Origin: Deltaproteobacteria bacterium
Lineage (GTDB): Bacteria > Desulfobacterota > Syntrophia > Syntrophales > UBA2210
DNA length: 32,000 nt
Assembly: GCA_030603465.1 (NCBI GenBank)
Contig: JAUVXT010000002.1
Location: 1-32,000 of the forward strand
Reading direction: 5' to 3'
Positions 15,803 through 24,834 of this stretch are shown here, in pieces; positions within the stretch are counted from its first letter, which is position 1; each line of letters opens with the position of its first letter. A model generated the notes under the pieces. It saw nothing but the letters and a program-made list of their open reading frames with translations. It ran no database searches and had not been told where the DNA came from. Made by a program: the position numbers and the translations under genes.

Positions 15803-18229
15803 ATGAGCGGCGAAAAGAAAAAATGGGTAGGTTCAAGTTATAAGAGGAAGGAGGACATGAGGCTTCTGACAGGCAGAGGAACCTTTATGGATGACATCCT
15901 CCTGCCGAACATGAAACATGCGGCGATTCTACGAAGTCCCTATGCCCATGCAAAAATATTGGATGTTGACATCTCTGAGGCCCTTAAGGCTCCGGGAGTA
16001 ATTGGAGTGGTAACCGGTGAGGATGTTAAGAAGGCATCGAAACCCTATCCCTGCGGAGTGACGATTCCCACAAAGTATTATACCTGCGCCGTTGATAAAG
16101 TTCGGTTCGTTGGTGAACCCGTGGCGGTCGTGGTGGCTGATAATCGTTACCTTGCCGAGGATGCCCTCGATCTGATCGAAGTGGATTATGATCCACTGGA
16201 AGCGGTTGTGGATATAGAAAAGGCCATAGAGCCCGATGCCCCCGTGCTTCATGAAAACATCGGGAGCAATATCTATAACCACCGTTTCTTCAAGTATGGT
16301 ACAGACTGGGATACCCTGTGTCAGGAAGCCGATGAAGTTGTCAAATGGAAATTTAATTTCCCCAAATATGCCGGTTCGCCTATTGAGACGTATGGTGTAA
16401 TTGCTTCATACAGTTCCTTCGAGAACTCCTATGTGGTGTACAATAACTATCAGGGGCCCTTTGTGAATCACGCCCTGACAGCCATGGCCCTCGGTATTCC
16501 CGAAAACAAGATGAGATGGATCATACCCACAGATATCGGGGGTGGTTTTGGAACAAAAACGGGCATTTATCCCTATTGCGCTTTAATGTCTATCGTTGCC
16601 AAAAAGACCGGTGTAACAGTAAAATGGATAGAAGATAGACGGGAACACCTGTTGGCCTCGGCCACCTGTACTGACAGGGTTACCTATATCGAAGCAGCCG
16701 TCAGGAAGGACGGGAAAATTCTTGGGTTGAAGGACAAGGCCATGGATACGACGGGCGGATATATCCGACCTCCGGAACCGGGTTGCGCCTATCGTAGTAC
16801 GGGCAATCATACGGGTGCTTATGACATCAGGAACCTGGACCGGGAGGTGTATATCGTTGCCACCAATAAGGGACTGACGGCGCCTCTCAGGGGGTATGGT
16901 TGCCAGGAACTCTACTTCAGCACCGAAAGAATCACCGATATGGCGGCGGCCAAGCTGGGGATTGATCCCGCCGAGATCAGATTCAAGAACTTTGTTCAAC
17001 CGGAGCAGATGCCGTACACGACTGCGACAGGCGGTTATTACGACGTGGGAAACTACCCTGCGGCCTTCCAAAAGTGTTTGGATATAGTTGAATATGACAA
17101 AATGAGAGAGTACCAGAAAAAGGCCAGAGCGGAAGGACGGCTGGTCGGTATCGGCCTCGCGTCAGTCGTCGATCCCTCTGTGACAAATATCGCCTATGTT
17201 GCCATAGGTAAGACGATTGAGGAGAGGAAGAATGAACGAGACAAATCGGGATCGGGCGAGGCTGCCATTGTCAAGGTCGATCCGCTGGGAGGCATAACGG
17301 TCATATGTTCGACTAACCCGCAGGGTCAGGGACATGAAACGGTGATCAGCCAGATCATTGCCGATGAATTCGGTGTTCATCCCGATGAGGTTGTTGTCGA
17401 CTCCGTTTTGGATTCTTCAGACCGCTTATACAGTATTACAACGGGAAGTTTCTCCAGTCGTTTTGCATCTTCGGGAACTACCGCTATTGTCAGGGCATCG
17501 AGACAGTGTATCGAAAAGGCGAAAAAGATCGCGGCCCATCTGATGAAAATAAAGGTGGAAGACGTCGTGATGGAAGAGGGCAAGTTCTTCGCGAAGGACA
17601 AGCCGGAAAAGGCGATCAAGCTGCGGCATATTGCCGGCGCCGCCCACTGGAACCAGTACGATCTGCCGGAAGGAATCGATGCGGGTCTCTTTGGTACGAG
17701 TCTGTGGACAATGCCTACATCGAGGCCTCCCGATGGGAAAGACAGAGTAAATTCATCAAACACATATGGCTTTGTTGCCGAGGCAATTGTTGTAGAAGTT
17801 GATCAGGAAACGGGTGAGATCACATTTCTCAAATGGGCCAGTGTCCACGATGCCGGGACCATTCTCAATCCTCAGATAGTCAGAGGGCAGGTCTTGGGAA
17901 GTATTGTCCAGGCAATTGGCGGCAGTATGTACGAGGAACAGGCCTACGATGAGCATGGTCAGTGCCTGACGGCATCATTCGCAGATTATCTCTGTCCGAC
18001 GGCCATGGAAATGCCGAAGGTTGATGTAGATCATTTTGAGTCGCCATCGGTACTTACTGCGCTCGGTTCAAAGGGGGCAGGAGAAGGGTCAAGCATGTCC
18101 GTTCCGCCTGCTATCGGTAACGCTATTGCAGATGCGCTGGCGCCCCTGGGAGTGGTGGTAGATGAACTGCCCCTTAGCCCGAGCAAGATCTGGCACATGA
18201 TTGACGAGGCCAAAGCCAAAACAAATTAG
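15803..18229 (+). CDS. Xanthine-dehydrogenase/CoxL-family molybdopterin-binding large (catalytic) subunit
   Basis: It has the same block set as 6123-8543: RLLTGRGTFMDD, DKVRFVGEPVAVVVA, IGGGFGTK, KWIEDRREHL, SVHDAGTILNP and GSKGAGEGS. An AAGGAGAAGG RBS is present. Confidence 0.9.
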   Translation: MSGEKKKWVGSSYKRKEDMRLLTGRGTFMDDILLPNMKHAAILRSPYAHAKILDVDISEALKAPGVIGVVTGEDVKKASKPYPCGVTIPTKYYTCAVDKVRFVGEPVAVVVADNRYLAEDALDLIEVDYDPLEAVVDIEKAIEPDAPVLHENIGSNIYNHRFFKYGTDWDTLCQEADEVVKWKFNFPKYAGSPIETYGVIASYSSFENSYVVYNNYQGPFVNHALTAMALGIPENKMRWIIPTDIGGGFGTKTGIYPYCALMSIVAKKTGVTVKWIEDRREHLLASATCTDRVTYIEAAVRKDGKILGLKDKAMDTTGGYIRPPEPGCAYRSTGNHTGAYDIRNLDREVYIVATNKGLTAPLRGYGCQELYFSTERITDMAAAKLGIDPAEIRFKNFVQPEQMPYTTATGGYYDVGNYPAAFQKCLDIVEYDKMREYQKKARAEGRLVGIGLASVVDPSVTNIAYVAIGKTIEERKNERDKSGSGEAAIVKVDPLGGITVICSTNPQGQGHETVISQIIADEFGVHPDEVVVDSVLDSSDRLYSITTGSFSSRFASSGTTAIVRASRQCIEKAKKIAAHLMKIKVEDVVMEEGKFFAKDKPEKAIKLRHIAGAAHWNQYDLPEGIDAGLFGTSLWTMPTSRPPDGKDRVNSSNTYGFVAEAIVVEVDQETGEITFLKWASVHDAGTILNPQIVRGQVLGSIVQAIGGSMYEEQAYDEHGQCLTASFADYLCPTAMEMPKVDVDHFESPSVLTALGSKGAGEGSSMSVPPAIGNAIADALAPLGVVVDELPLSPSKIWHMIDEAKAKTN

Positions 18230-18251
18230 CATATATTAAAGGAGAATTATT

Positions 18252-18683
18252 ATGAAGATAGAAGGAACATATACATTTAAGGCACCACAGCAGAAAGTCT
18301 GGGAGACCTTTAATTCGGTGGAACACCTGCAGGAAGCACTGCCCGGGTGTGAGGAACTGATAGAAACGGAGCCCGGAAAGTTTGATGTTTTCTTGAAAAT
18401 AGGAATCTCAGCCGTTAAAGGGAAATATAAGGGTAAATTTGAGATTGCCGATCCGAACCCCCCTAACAGCTACAAGCTCATAGGCCAGGGGAAGGGCCTC
18501 CCCGGCTATGTGAAGGGAGAGGCTGTCATTTCAATGTCGCAGGAGGGTGAAGATACTATTCTCTCCTATGACGGAGATGTACAGGTAGGCGGACTTCTTG
18601 CCGGTATCGGTCAGAGGATGATAGGTGGGATTTCGAAGATGATGATTGGGCAGTTTTTCAAGAGCATGGATAAAGTATTGTAA
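18252..18683 (+). CDS. CoxG-like SRPBCC-fold subunit or accessory protein
   Basis: The 143-aa protein starts MKIEGTYTFKAPQQKVWETFNSVEHLQEALPGCE, as in the CoxG family, and has a C-terminal ISKMMIGQFF segment. Confidence 0.8.
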   Translation: MKIEGTYTFKAPQQKVWETFNSVEHLQEALPGCEELIETEPGKFDVFLKIGISAVKGKYKGKFEIADPNPPNSYKLIGQGKGLPGYVKGEAVISMSQEGEDTILSYDGDVQVGGLLAGIGQRMIGGISKMMIGQFFKSMDKVL

Positions 18684-18709
18684 TAAAACGAAAGTATAGG
18701 AGAAAGGAA

Positions 18710-19594
18710 ATGAAACCAACCGCATTTGAATATTTTACCCCTTCCACGGTACAGGAAGCGCTCCAGCTTCTGGAAAGCCAGGGGGATGAGGCTAAGATAA
18801 TTGCCGGCGGCCAGAGCCTTGTTGCGATGATGAATTTCAGGGCGGCCCGTCCGGAAGCGCTGATTGATATAAATAATATTAAAGACCTCGACTACATCAG
18901 GGAAGAGGAAGATGAGCTCGTTATCGGCGCCCTTACAAGGGAGAGGACACTGGAAGTATCTCCGTTGGTGAAGGAGAAGTGTCCTATCCTGGCCAAGGCG
19001 ATTACCCATATCGGCCATCTTCCGATCAGGTTTCGAGGCACCATAGGGGGTACGCTGGTTCACGCAGATCCTACCGCTGAGATACCGATAACATCGGTTG
19101 CTCTCGATGCAAAGATGAAGATTGCAGGTCCATCGGGCGAGCGGGTGCTGAATGCCGGTGAGTTCTTTTTGACCTATCTTACCAGTGCCATAGAAGAAAA
19201 CGAGCTTCTGGTGGAAGTAAGAATTCCCACGCTTCCTCCAAAAACGACGGCATGGTCATATGTTGATATCAGCAGAAGATTCGGTGATTTCGCAATTGTT
19301 GCTGTCGCCTCTGTTCTATCACTGGATAATGACGGGGTATGCAAGGAAGCCAGGATCGCTATGGGCGGCGTAGCGCCGACACCGGTCAGGGCGAAGGAAG
19401 CGGAAGCCCTGCTGGCAGGACAAAAAATAACAGACAGCATCATTGAAGAAGCGGCAATTAAAGCAGCGGAATCGGACGATGTAGATCCTGATTCTGATTA
19501 TCACGCTACCGCTGAGTATCGGAAGGCCATGACTAAGGTTCTAACCCAGAGAGGGCTCAAAGAGGCCTGGACAAACTTTGAAGGGAGTAAGTAA
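18710..19594 (+). CDS. FAD-binding medium subunit of a molybdenum hydroxylase (CoxM/XdhB-like)
   Basis: IIAGGQSLVAMMNF and RGTIGGTLVHADP FAD-binding motifs, plus a CO-dehydrogenase flavoprotein C-terminal-type tail (DYHATAEYRKAM). The protein contains only two Cys. Confidence 0.9.
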   Translation: MKPTAFEYFTPSTVQEALQLLESQGDEAKIIAGGQSLVAMMNFRAARPEALIDINNIKDLDYIREEEDELVIGALTRERTLEVSPLVKEKCPILAKAITHIGHLPIRFRGTIGGTLVHADPTAEIPITSVALDAKMKIAGPSGERVLNAGEFFLTYLTSAIEENELLVEVRIPTLPPKTTAWSYVDISRRFGDFAIVAVASVLSLDNDGVCKEARIAMGGVAPTPVRAKEAEALLAGQKITDSIIEEAAIKAAESDDVDPDSDYHATAEYRKAMTKVLTQRGLKEAWTNFEGSK

Positions 19595-19595
19595 G

Positions 19596-20078
19596 ATGGC
19601 AGATAAACGTCAAGTAAAAGTCAAGGTGAATGGCGTAGAATATGAAGGATATGCGGAACCGAGGAAGCTCCTTTCCGATTTCTTGCGGGACGATCTTGAG
19701 CTTCTGGGAACGCATGTAGGTTGTGAACACGGTATATGCGGGGCGTGTACGATTCTCTTTAACGGAGAGCCGATCCGCTCCTGCCTGATGTTTGCCGTTC
19801 AGGCAACCGGCGCGGAGATAATGACTGTGGAGGGTATTGCCGAGAACGGCAAATTACACCCGATACAGGAAGCATTTAATGAACATCATGCACTGCAGTG
19901 TGGGTTCTGTACACCAGGCATGCTCATTACCGTCTATCACTTTCTCAAGGAAAATCCCAATCCGACAGAGGAGGAGGCACGCGAAGCAGTGTCCGGCGTT
20001 CTCTGCCGTTGTACGGGATACACGCAGATAGTAGAGGCTGTTATGGCTGCGGCGGAAAAGATGAGGATTGCCGCATGA
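19596..20078 (+). CDS. [2Fe-2S]-binding small subunit of a molybdenum hydroxylase (CoxS/XdhC-type ferredoxin subunit)
   Basis: Both cluster motifs are present: GCEHGICGAC...C and CGFCTPGM...CRCTGY. The ATG at 19596 lies 1 nt after the FAD-subunit stop and has a GGGAG RBS. Confidence 0.9.
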   Translation: MADKRQVKVKVNGVEYEGYAEPRKLLSDFLRDDLELLGTHVGCEHGICGACTILFNGEPIRSCLMFAVQATGAEIMTVEGIAENGKLHPIQEAFNEHHALQCGFCTPGMLITVYHFLKENPNPTEEEAREAVSGVLCRCTGYTQIVEAVMAAAEKMRIAA

Positions 20079-20953
20079 TTCTCTTTCAACAGCTCATAAA
20101 CGGGCTTATGCTGGGGGCCACCTATTCACTGGTGGCCATAGGCTATACTTTAATCTTCGGGGTGCTGGGGCTTCTTCACTTCGCGCATGGCGAAGTGTTG
20201 ATGGCCGGCGCCTTTATGGGACTTTATATAATCCTATGGAGTGGATTGCCACTCTATATCACCCTGCCCTTAACCATGATAGCGACGGGTATATTGGGTC
20301 TTATCGTTCAATTCTTTGCTATAAGACCTATTAAAAAGGATTATCATCTGGCCCCACTGTTGAGTACAATAGGGGTAACAATAATTCTCCAGCACCTTGC
20401 CATCAAAATCTTCGGTGGTTATGGGACAAGGTTTCCCGATGCAATTTCCACGAAAATATATAAATTTGGGGCTCTAACAATAAGTTCGGATAGCCTTCTG
20501 ATTTTCGGTATAGCTGTTATGCTGATGCTAGTTCTTTATTTCTTTATTGCGAAGACCAAGGTTGGGAGGGCCATGAGGGCCGTTGCAGAAAGTCACCTGA
20601 CAGCCGGTTTTCTAGGTGTGAATGTAGATCGGATTGTACTGATTACCTTTGGAGTTGCATCTGCCCTGGCTGGAGCGGCCGGAGTTCTGGTGGGTATTGC
20701 GTTTCATACTATTACACCCTTTATGGGGCTCACGTTTGCGCTGAAGGGACTTGTGGTGATGCTGCTTGGCGGTCTTGGGAATGTTGTGGGCGCCATGATT
20801 GGGGGGCTGATTCTCGGGCTGGCCGAAGTGAGCAGTGTTGTGCTCATTCCGTCCGAGATCAACTTGCAGGATGTTTTTGCCTTCGGAATCATGATTCTCA
20901 TCCTCATTTTCAAGCCTGAGGGGTTGTTTGGAACTCGCGTGAGCAAAAGATAG
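20075..20953 (+). CDS. livH: ABC importer permease, LivH family (HAAT)
   Basis: N-terminus MILFQQLINGLMLGATYSLVAIGYTLIFGV is typical LivH. The ATG at 20075 overlaps the FeS-subunit TGA (ATGA). The upstream part of the ORF-track ORF is out of frame over the FeS gene. Confidence 0.9.
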   Translation: MILFQQLINGLMLGATYSLVAIGYTLIFGVLGLLHFAHGEVLMAGAFMGLYIILWSGLPLYITLPLTMIATGILGLIVQFFAIRPIKKDYHLAPLLSTIGVTIILQHLAIKIFGGYGTRFPDAISTKIYKFGALTISSDSLLIFGIAVMLMLVLYFFIAKTKVGRAMRAVAESHLTAGFLGVNVDRIVLITFGVASALAGAAGVLVGIAFHTITPFMGLTFALKGLVVMLLGGLGNVVGAMIGGLILGLAEVSSVVLIPSEINLQDVFAFGIMILILIFKPEGLFGTRVSKR

Positions 20954-20966
20954 GGAGATATAGAAA

Positions 20967-21809
20967 TTGGATTATTTATTTTCGGTAGCGGCCATTGCGG
21001 GCATTAATATCATTATGGCTCTTAGCTTTTACCTGCCGTTTATTACGGGTCAGATATCATTAGGCCAGGCAGGATTTATGGCAATCGGAGCATACGCTTC
21101 GGCGGTATGCTCCGTAAAGTTCGGGATTCCGTACGTTCCAGCTGTTCTACTGGGAGGAGTTATGGCAGGGGTAGCCGGGTTTGTGTTGGGGATGCCTGCC
21201 CTCAGGATAAAGGGGATATATCTTCTCCTTTTGACCATGGGATTCGGAGAAATTGTCAGGGTGATCTTTATAAATATTGACTATGTGGGTGGCGCTGCCG
21301 GATTGGGAGGTATTCCTTATCAGGAATATACCACTTTGTATGCATACGGCACGGTCGTAATTTTAACAGTCTTTTTTTATCGATTACGTAAGTCACGCAT
21401 GGGGAGGGCCTTTCAAGCGATAGGAGATGATGAGGACACAGCTGAAATCATCGGAGTTAATATTGCAACGGCCAAGCTTACCGCCTTTTCTGTGGGCGCG
21501 TTTATCGCTGGTATTGGGGGGGGGATTCTGGCTCATTTTCAGGAGTATATAGAGCCGCTCATGTTCGGCGTCATGCATGGGGTGGAGTTCATTGTGTTTG
21601 CCATATTCGGAGGGATTCAGATATTTTGGGGTCCCATATTTGGCGCGCTTGCCCTTACATTCATACCGGAGTTTCTCCGGGAAATACAGGAATGGAGAAT
21701 GGAACTGTATGGCTTGCTTTTGATAGTAATGATGATTGTACGGCCCCAGGGGGTTATCGGGCTGGATGTTATTAAATGGATTAAAAAGAAATTACTGAGG
21801 ATTCGCTGA
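20967..21809 (+). CDS. livM: ABC importer permease, LivM family
   Basis: Hydrophobic protein with GQISLGQAGFMAIGAYASA and GGAAGLGGIP blocks. A TTG start at 20967 has GGGAGA 8 nt upstream. Confidence 0.8.
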   Translation: MDYLFSVAAIAGINIIMALSFYLPFITGQISLGQAGFMAIGAYASAVCSVKFGIPYVPAVLLGGVMAGVAGFVLGMPALRIKGIYLLLLTMGFGEIVRVIFINIDYVGGAAGLGGIPYQEYTTLYAYGTVVILTVFFYRLRKSRMGRAFQAIGDDEDTAEIIGVNIATAKLTAFSVGAFIAGIGGGILAHFQEYIEPLMFGVMHGVEFIVFAIFGGIQIFWGPIFGALALTFIPEFLREIQEWRMELYGLLLIVMMIVRPQGVIGLDVIKWIKKKLLRIR

Positions 21810-21830
21810 TAGAGGAGATATGGAGGGACG

Positions 21831-22601
21831 ATGATCCTGGAGATACGAAATGTTACCAAATACTATGATGGTTTTTGCGCATTGCACAATATCCCGATCA
21901 CTGTGGAAGAGGGGAAAATACACGCAATAATTGGCCCAAATGGGGCAGGCAAAACGACCTTGTTTAATCTGATCAGTGGGATGCTTGACATAACAACCGG
22001 TGATATTTTCTTCAAAGGGAAGAAGATAAACAAACAAAAACCGAATTACCGGGCCAAAGATGGCATTGGAAGGACTTTTCAGATCATTCGACTCTTCAAC
22101 TCCATGACCGTTTTGGAAAATGTGATGTTGGGAAGGCACTGTAAAACCAGCGCCGGTCTGTTGAAGACGTTTTTCAGGCTGTCGCTGAAAGAACCGAATG
22201 AAGAGAAGGAGATCCGTGAAAGGGCGTTAGAGTGTCTGGATTTCGTCGGTATGGTCGATAAAGCGGAGCAGATGGCTTCAAGTTTGCCTCATGCCGAACA
22301 GAGACGGGTAGAGATCGCCCGGGCTCTTAACCTTGAACCTGAACTCGTTCTTCTGGATGAGCCTGCAGCCGGCATGAACCCGAAAGAGACAAACGATCTT
22401 GATTCGCTCATTTTGAGGATTAATAATGATTTGGACAAGACAATACTCCTGATTGAACACAACATGACCCTGGTTATGGGAATATCCGAGATCGTTTCGG
22501 TATTAAATTTTGGTGAGAAAATTGCTGAGGGAAGTCCTTCTGAAGTGCAGGCTAACCCTGCGGTAATAGAGGCATATCTTGGTAAGGGAGGGGACGATTA
22601 G
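21831..22601 (+). CDS. livG: ABC transporter ATP-binding protein, LivG family
   Basis: Walker A GPNGAGKTT, a signature-loop region, Walker B LVLLDEPAAGMN, and a LivG-type C-terminal NPAVIEAYLG. Confidence 0.9.
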   Translation: MILEIRNVTKYYDGFCALHNIPITVEEGKIHAIIGPNGAGKTTLFNLISGMLDITTGDIFFKGKKINKQKPNYRAKDGIGRTFQIIRLFNSMTVLENVMLGRHCKTSAGLLKTFFRLSLKEPNEEKEIRERALECLDFVGMVDKAEQMASSLPHAEQRRVEIARALNLEPELVLLDEPAAGMNPKETNDLDSLILRINNDLDKTILLIEHNMTLVMGISEIVSVLNFGEKIAEGSPSEVQANPAVIEAYLGKGGDD

Positions 22602-22602
22602 G

Positions 22603-23331
22603 ATGCTGTCTATAGAGGGCGTTTCATCCGGTTATGGGAAGATCCTTGCAGTTAAAGATGTAAATCTTCTGGTGGAAGAAGGCGAAATTGTGGTTCTCCT
22701 TGGAGCAAACGGGGCAGGGAAGTCGACTCTTTTGAGGACCATATCGGGTGCGATGAAACCAAAAAGCGGGAGTATTATCTTCAAGGGACAGAGGATTGAT
22801 GGTAAGAAACCGCATCTCATCGTTAAGGAAGGTGTTGTCCAGGTAGAAGAGGGGCGTGGAATCCTTTCTCGCATGTCTGTTAAGGAAAATCTGGATATGG
22901 GCGCGTATCTGCGTTCCGATAAAGATGGGATCATGAAAGATCTGGAGCGGGTATTTCAAAAATTTCCCAGGCTTAAGGAAAGACTGAACCAGAATGCCGG
23001 CACCCTGTCGGGCGGAGAGCAACAGATGCTGGCCATCGGGCGTGCCATGATGGCCAATCCAAAATTGCTTCTCATGGACGAGCCTTCACTGGGGCTCTCG
23101 CCTAATTTTGTGGAACTGATCATACGGGCCATACGCGAATTTCGCGATCAGGACGGTTATACGATTCTTTTGGTTGAGCAGAACGCAAAGAAGGCGCTCG
23201 ATATTGCCGATCGAGGGTACATATTAGAAACGGGAAGGATTGTTCTTGAGGGAACAGCGCAAGATTTGTTGAATAATGAAGAACTTCAAAGGGCATACCT
23301 GGGTCGGGATGCAAAGACCCGGGAAGACTGA
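22603..23331 (+). CDS. livF: ABC transporter ATP-binding protein, LivF family
   Basis: Walker A GANGAGKST, signature LSGGEQQML, Walker B LLLMDEPSLGL, and the end ELQRAYLG. The ATG at 22603 lies 1 nt after the livG stop. Confidence 0.9.
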   Translation: MLSIEGVSSGYGKILAVKDVNLLVEEGEIVVLLGANGAGKSTLLRTISGAMKPKSGSIIFKGQRIDGKKPHLIVKEGVVQVEEGRGILSRMSVKENLDMGAYLRSDKDGIMKDLERVFQKFPRLKERLNQNAGTLSGGEQQMLAIGRAMMANPKLLLMDEPSLGLSPNFVELIIRAIREFRDQDGYTILLVEQNAKKALDIADRGYILETGRIVLEGTAQDLLNNEELQRAYLGRDAKTRED

Positions 23332-23489
23332 GAGACCCTAATAATTAAACAATAGAAAGATAACAGGTATCAGTTTCATGGTTAATAGCACATAATAACG
23401 GCGTTTATTAAAGTTGAAATATGAAGGGGGGTGATAGTGAAAATCGTTCTGGATATTCATAATTTTCATCAATCAAAGGAGGTAAAACA

Positions 23490-24662
23490 ATGAAAAAAGA
23501 TCGTTTTGTGCTTTCAATGTTTATAGTGTTCATACTGGTAACATGTCTGGTAATAGCAGTACCGGTTCACGCGAAGCTTGCCGGCGACAAGGTCAAGGTA
23601 GGAGGGCTGTTTGGGGTATCCGGTGTATGCGCGGAATGGGGGACGAACGGTAAAATCGGTACTGAGATAGCCGTGGAGGAAATCAATGCAGCCGGCGGGA
23701 TCGGTGGACTGCCCATAGAAATTACTTGGTATGATGATGAGTGCAAGGGCGCGCCCGTTATTCCCCTGGTTGAAAAACTTACAAAGAAGGATAAGGTCCT
23801 CGTTATTAATGGGCCCTGTCAGAGCTCAACCTGTGAAGTTGCCTTCCCTAAACTGAACAGGTTGAAGATCGTAAGCATCGCCTTTTGTTCTTCAAAACCG
23901 GGACTGTCAAAGCTGAGCAAATGGGGTTTCAGAAATACCCTGACCAGCGATAAGCAGCTCGATCCGGCCGTGAAGAAGTGGAAAGCGAAGTATGGCATAA
24001 AAACGGCTGTAGTTATCTATAATTCCGAGGATGCCGTCTCTACCGTTGAAGGTAAGAAGATCATGCCGGTCCTGTTTGAAAAACATGGCATCAAACTCCT
24101 GAAGATGTTCTCATTTCAGACTCAGACGGTCGATTTTGCGCCCTTTATAACGGAGATAAAAGCGCTAAATCCCGACGGTATAGGAATAGGGAGTTGTTAT
24201 GAGGCGGGAGCGAAGATTGCCATTGAAGCCAGGCGTCAGGGGATCAAGGCACAGTTTATCGGCGGTGCCTGTAACAGTACCCCCGGCTTGATAGAGGTAG
24301 GTGGCGAGGCAGTCGAGGGGTATTACGGTTCAACGGCGGCATGGATTCAGGGAAACCCTGATCCCCGCGTCATCAAGTTTGTCAAGGAATTTAAAAAGCG
24401 CTCACCTGCCGGTAAAGATCCGACTTACGGTGGGCTTCGTGCCTATGACAATATGTACATCATCAAGAAGGTCATAGAAGAAGAAGGCGTGACGAACAAG
24501 CCTGGAGATCTGCAGAAAGACAGGGAAAAGATTCGTCAGGGCTGGGCAAAATTGAAGAATTATCCGGGCATTTCCGGCGTTACAACAATGAACGAAGAGG
24601 GAGACGGCCAGGGAGGTGTCAAAACCCTAGTAGTCAAAGGTGGAGAGTTCCTTGTAAAATAA
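23490..24662 (+). CDS. Periplasmic substrate-binding protein, LivJ/K-type (type I PBP) with a Sec signal peptide
   Basis: N-terminal signal MKKDRFVLSMFIVFILVTCLVIAVPVHA. The mature part has the fold signature KVKVGGLFGVSG ... INAAGGIGG. An AAAGGAGG RBS is present. Confidence 0.85.
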   Translation: MKKDRFVLSMFIVFILVTCLVIAVPVHAKLAGDKVKVGGLFGVSGVCAEWGTNGKIGTEIAVEEINAAGGIGGLPIEITWYDDECKGAPVIPLVEKLTKKDKVLVINGPCQSSTCEVAFPKLNRLKIVSIAFCSSKPGLSKLSKWGFRNTLTSDKQLDPAVKKWKAKYGIKTAVVIYNSEDAVSTVEGKKIMPVLFEKHGIKLLKMFSFQTQTVDFAPFITEIKALNPDGIGIGSCYEAGAKIAIEARRQGIKAQFIGGACNSTPGLIEVGGEAVEGYYGSTAAWIQGNPDPRVIKFVKEFKKRSPAGKDPTYGGLRAYDNMYIIKKVIEEEGVTNKPGDLQKDREKIRQGWAKLKNYPGISGVTTMNEEGDGQGGVKTLVVKGGEFLVK

Positions 24663-24700
24663 TAGTGGATTTTGTCTCTGATAAACGAATAAAACGGACA

Positions 24701-24745
24701 GCCGGTTAGACTCTCTGCCCGCTTTCGGGTGGTGAGCTAACCGGC
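24701..24745 (+). terminator. Compound GC-rich hairpin downstream of the binding-protein gene
   Basis: The outer stem is GCCGGTTAG/CTAACCGGC and the inner stem is CCCG-CTTT-CGGG (24718-24729). There is no clean U-tract, so terminator function is uncertain. Confidence 0.35.
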
Positions 24746-24767
24746 AAAGAGTATGTGCTCTACCTAT

Positions 24768-24834
24768 AAATCCCATATCCCGGAAGAATATTAGATTCAT
24801 ATGTGAAGGATGGATTTTCCGGGATACGGGATTT
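24768..24834. repeat. 18-bp inverted repeat (AAATCCCATATCCCGGAA / TTCCGGGATACGGGATTT) separated by 31 nt
   Basis: The arms are complementary at 17 of 18 positions. Each arm contains two ATCCC/GGGAT units 7 nt apart. The element lies in the 383-nt gap upstream of the CoA-transferase genes. Confidence 0.5.

Noticed and set aside
18710-19594. Calling the enzyme a 4-hydroxybenzoyl-CoA reductase (HcrABC).
   Set aside because: The FAD subunit contains only two cysteines, so it lacks the Cys-rich [4Fe-4S] insertion characteristic of HcrB.
19898-20074. The 59-codon N-terminal extension of the LivH ORF in the track.
   Set aside because: It overlaps the 2Fe-2S subunit gene in another frame, and its translation is Arg/Gly/Ser-rich. 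The canonical LivH N-terminus begins at the ATG at 20075.
15803-20078. Calling the CoxL/CoxG/CoxM/CoxS-like genes an aerobic carbon monoxide dehydrogenase.
   Set aside because: The form I active-site loop AYRCSFR is absent from both large subunits. No coxD/E/F maturation genes are present. The context is organic-acid catabolism.
20075-24662. Literal annotation of the ABC system as a branched-chain amino acid importer.
   Set aside because: Family membership (HAAT, LivHMGF/J) is clear, but the substrate cannot be read from the sequence. The catabolic context makes an aromatic or organic acid more plausible.
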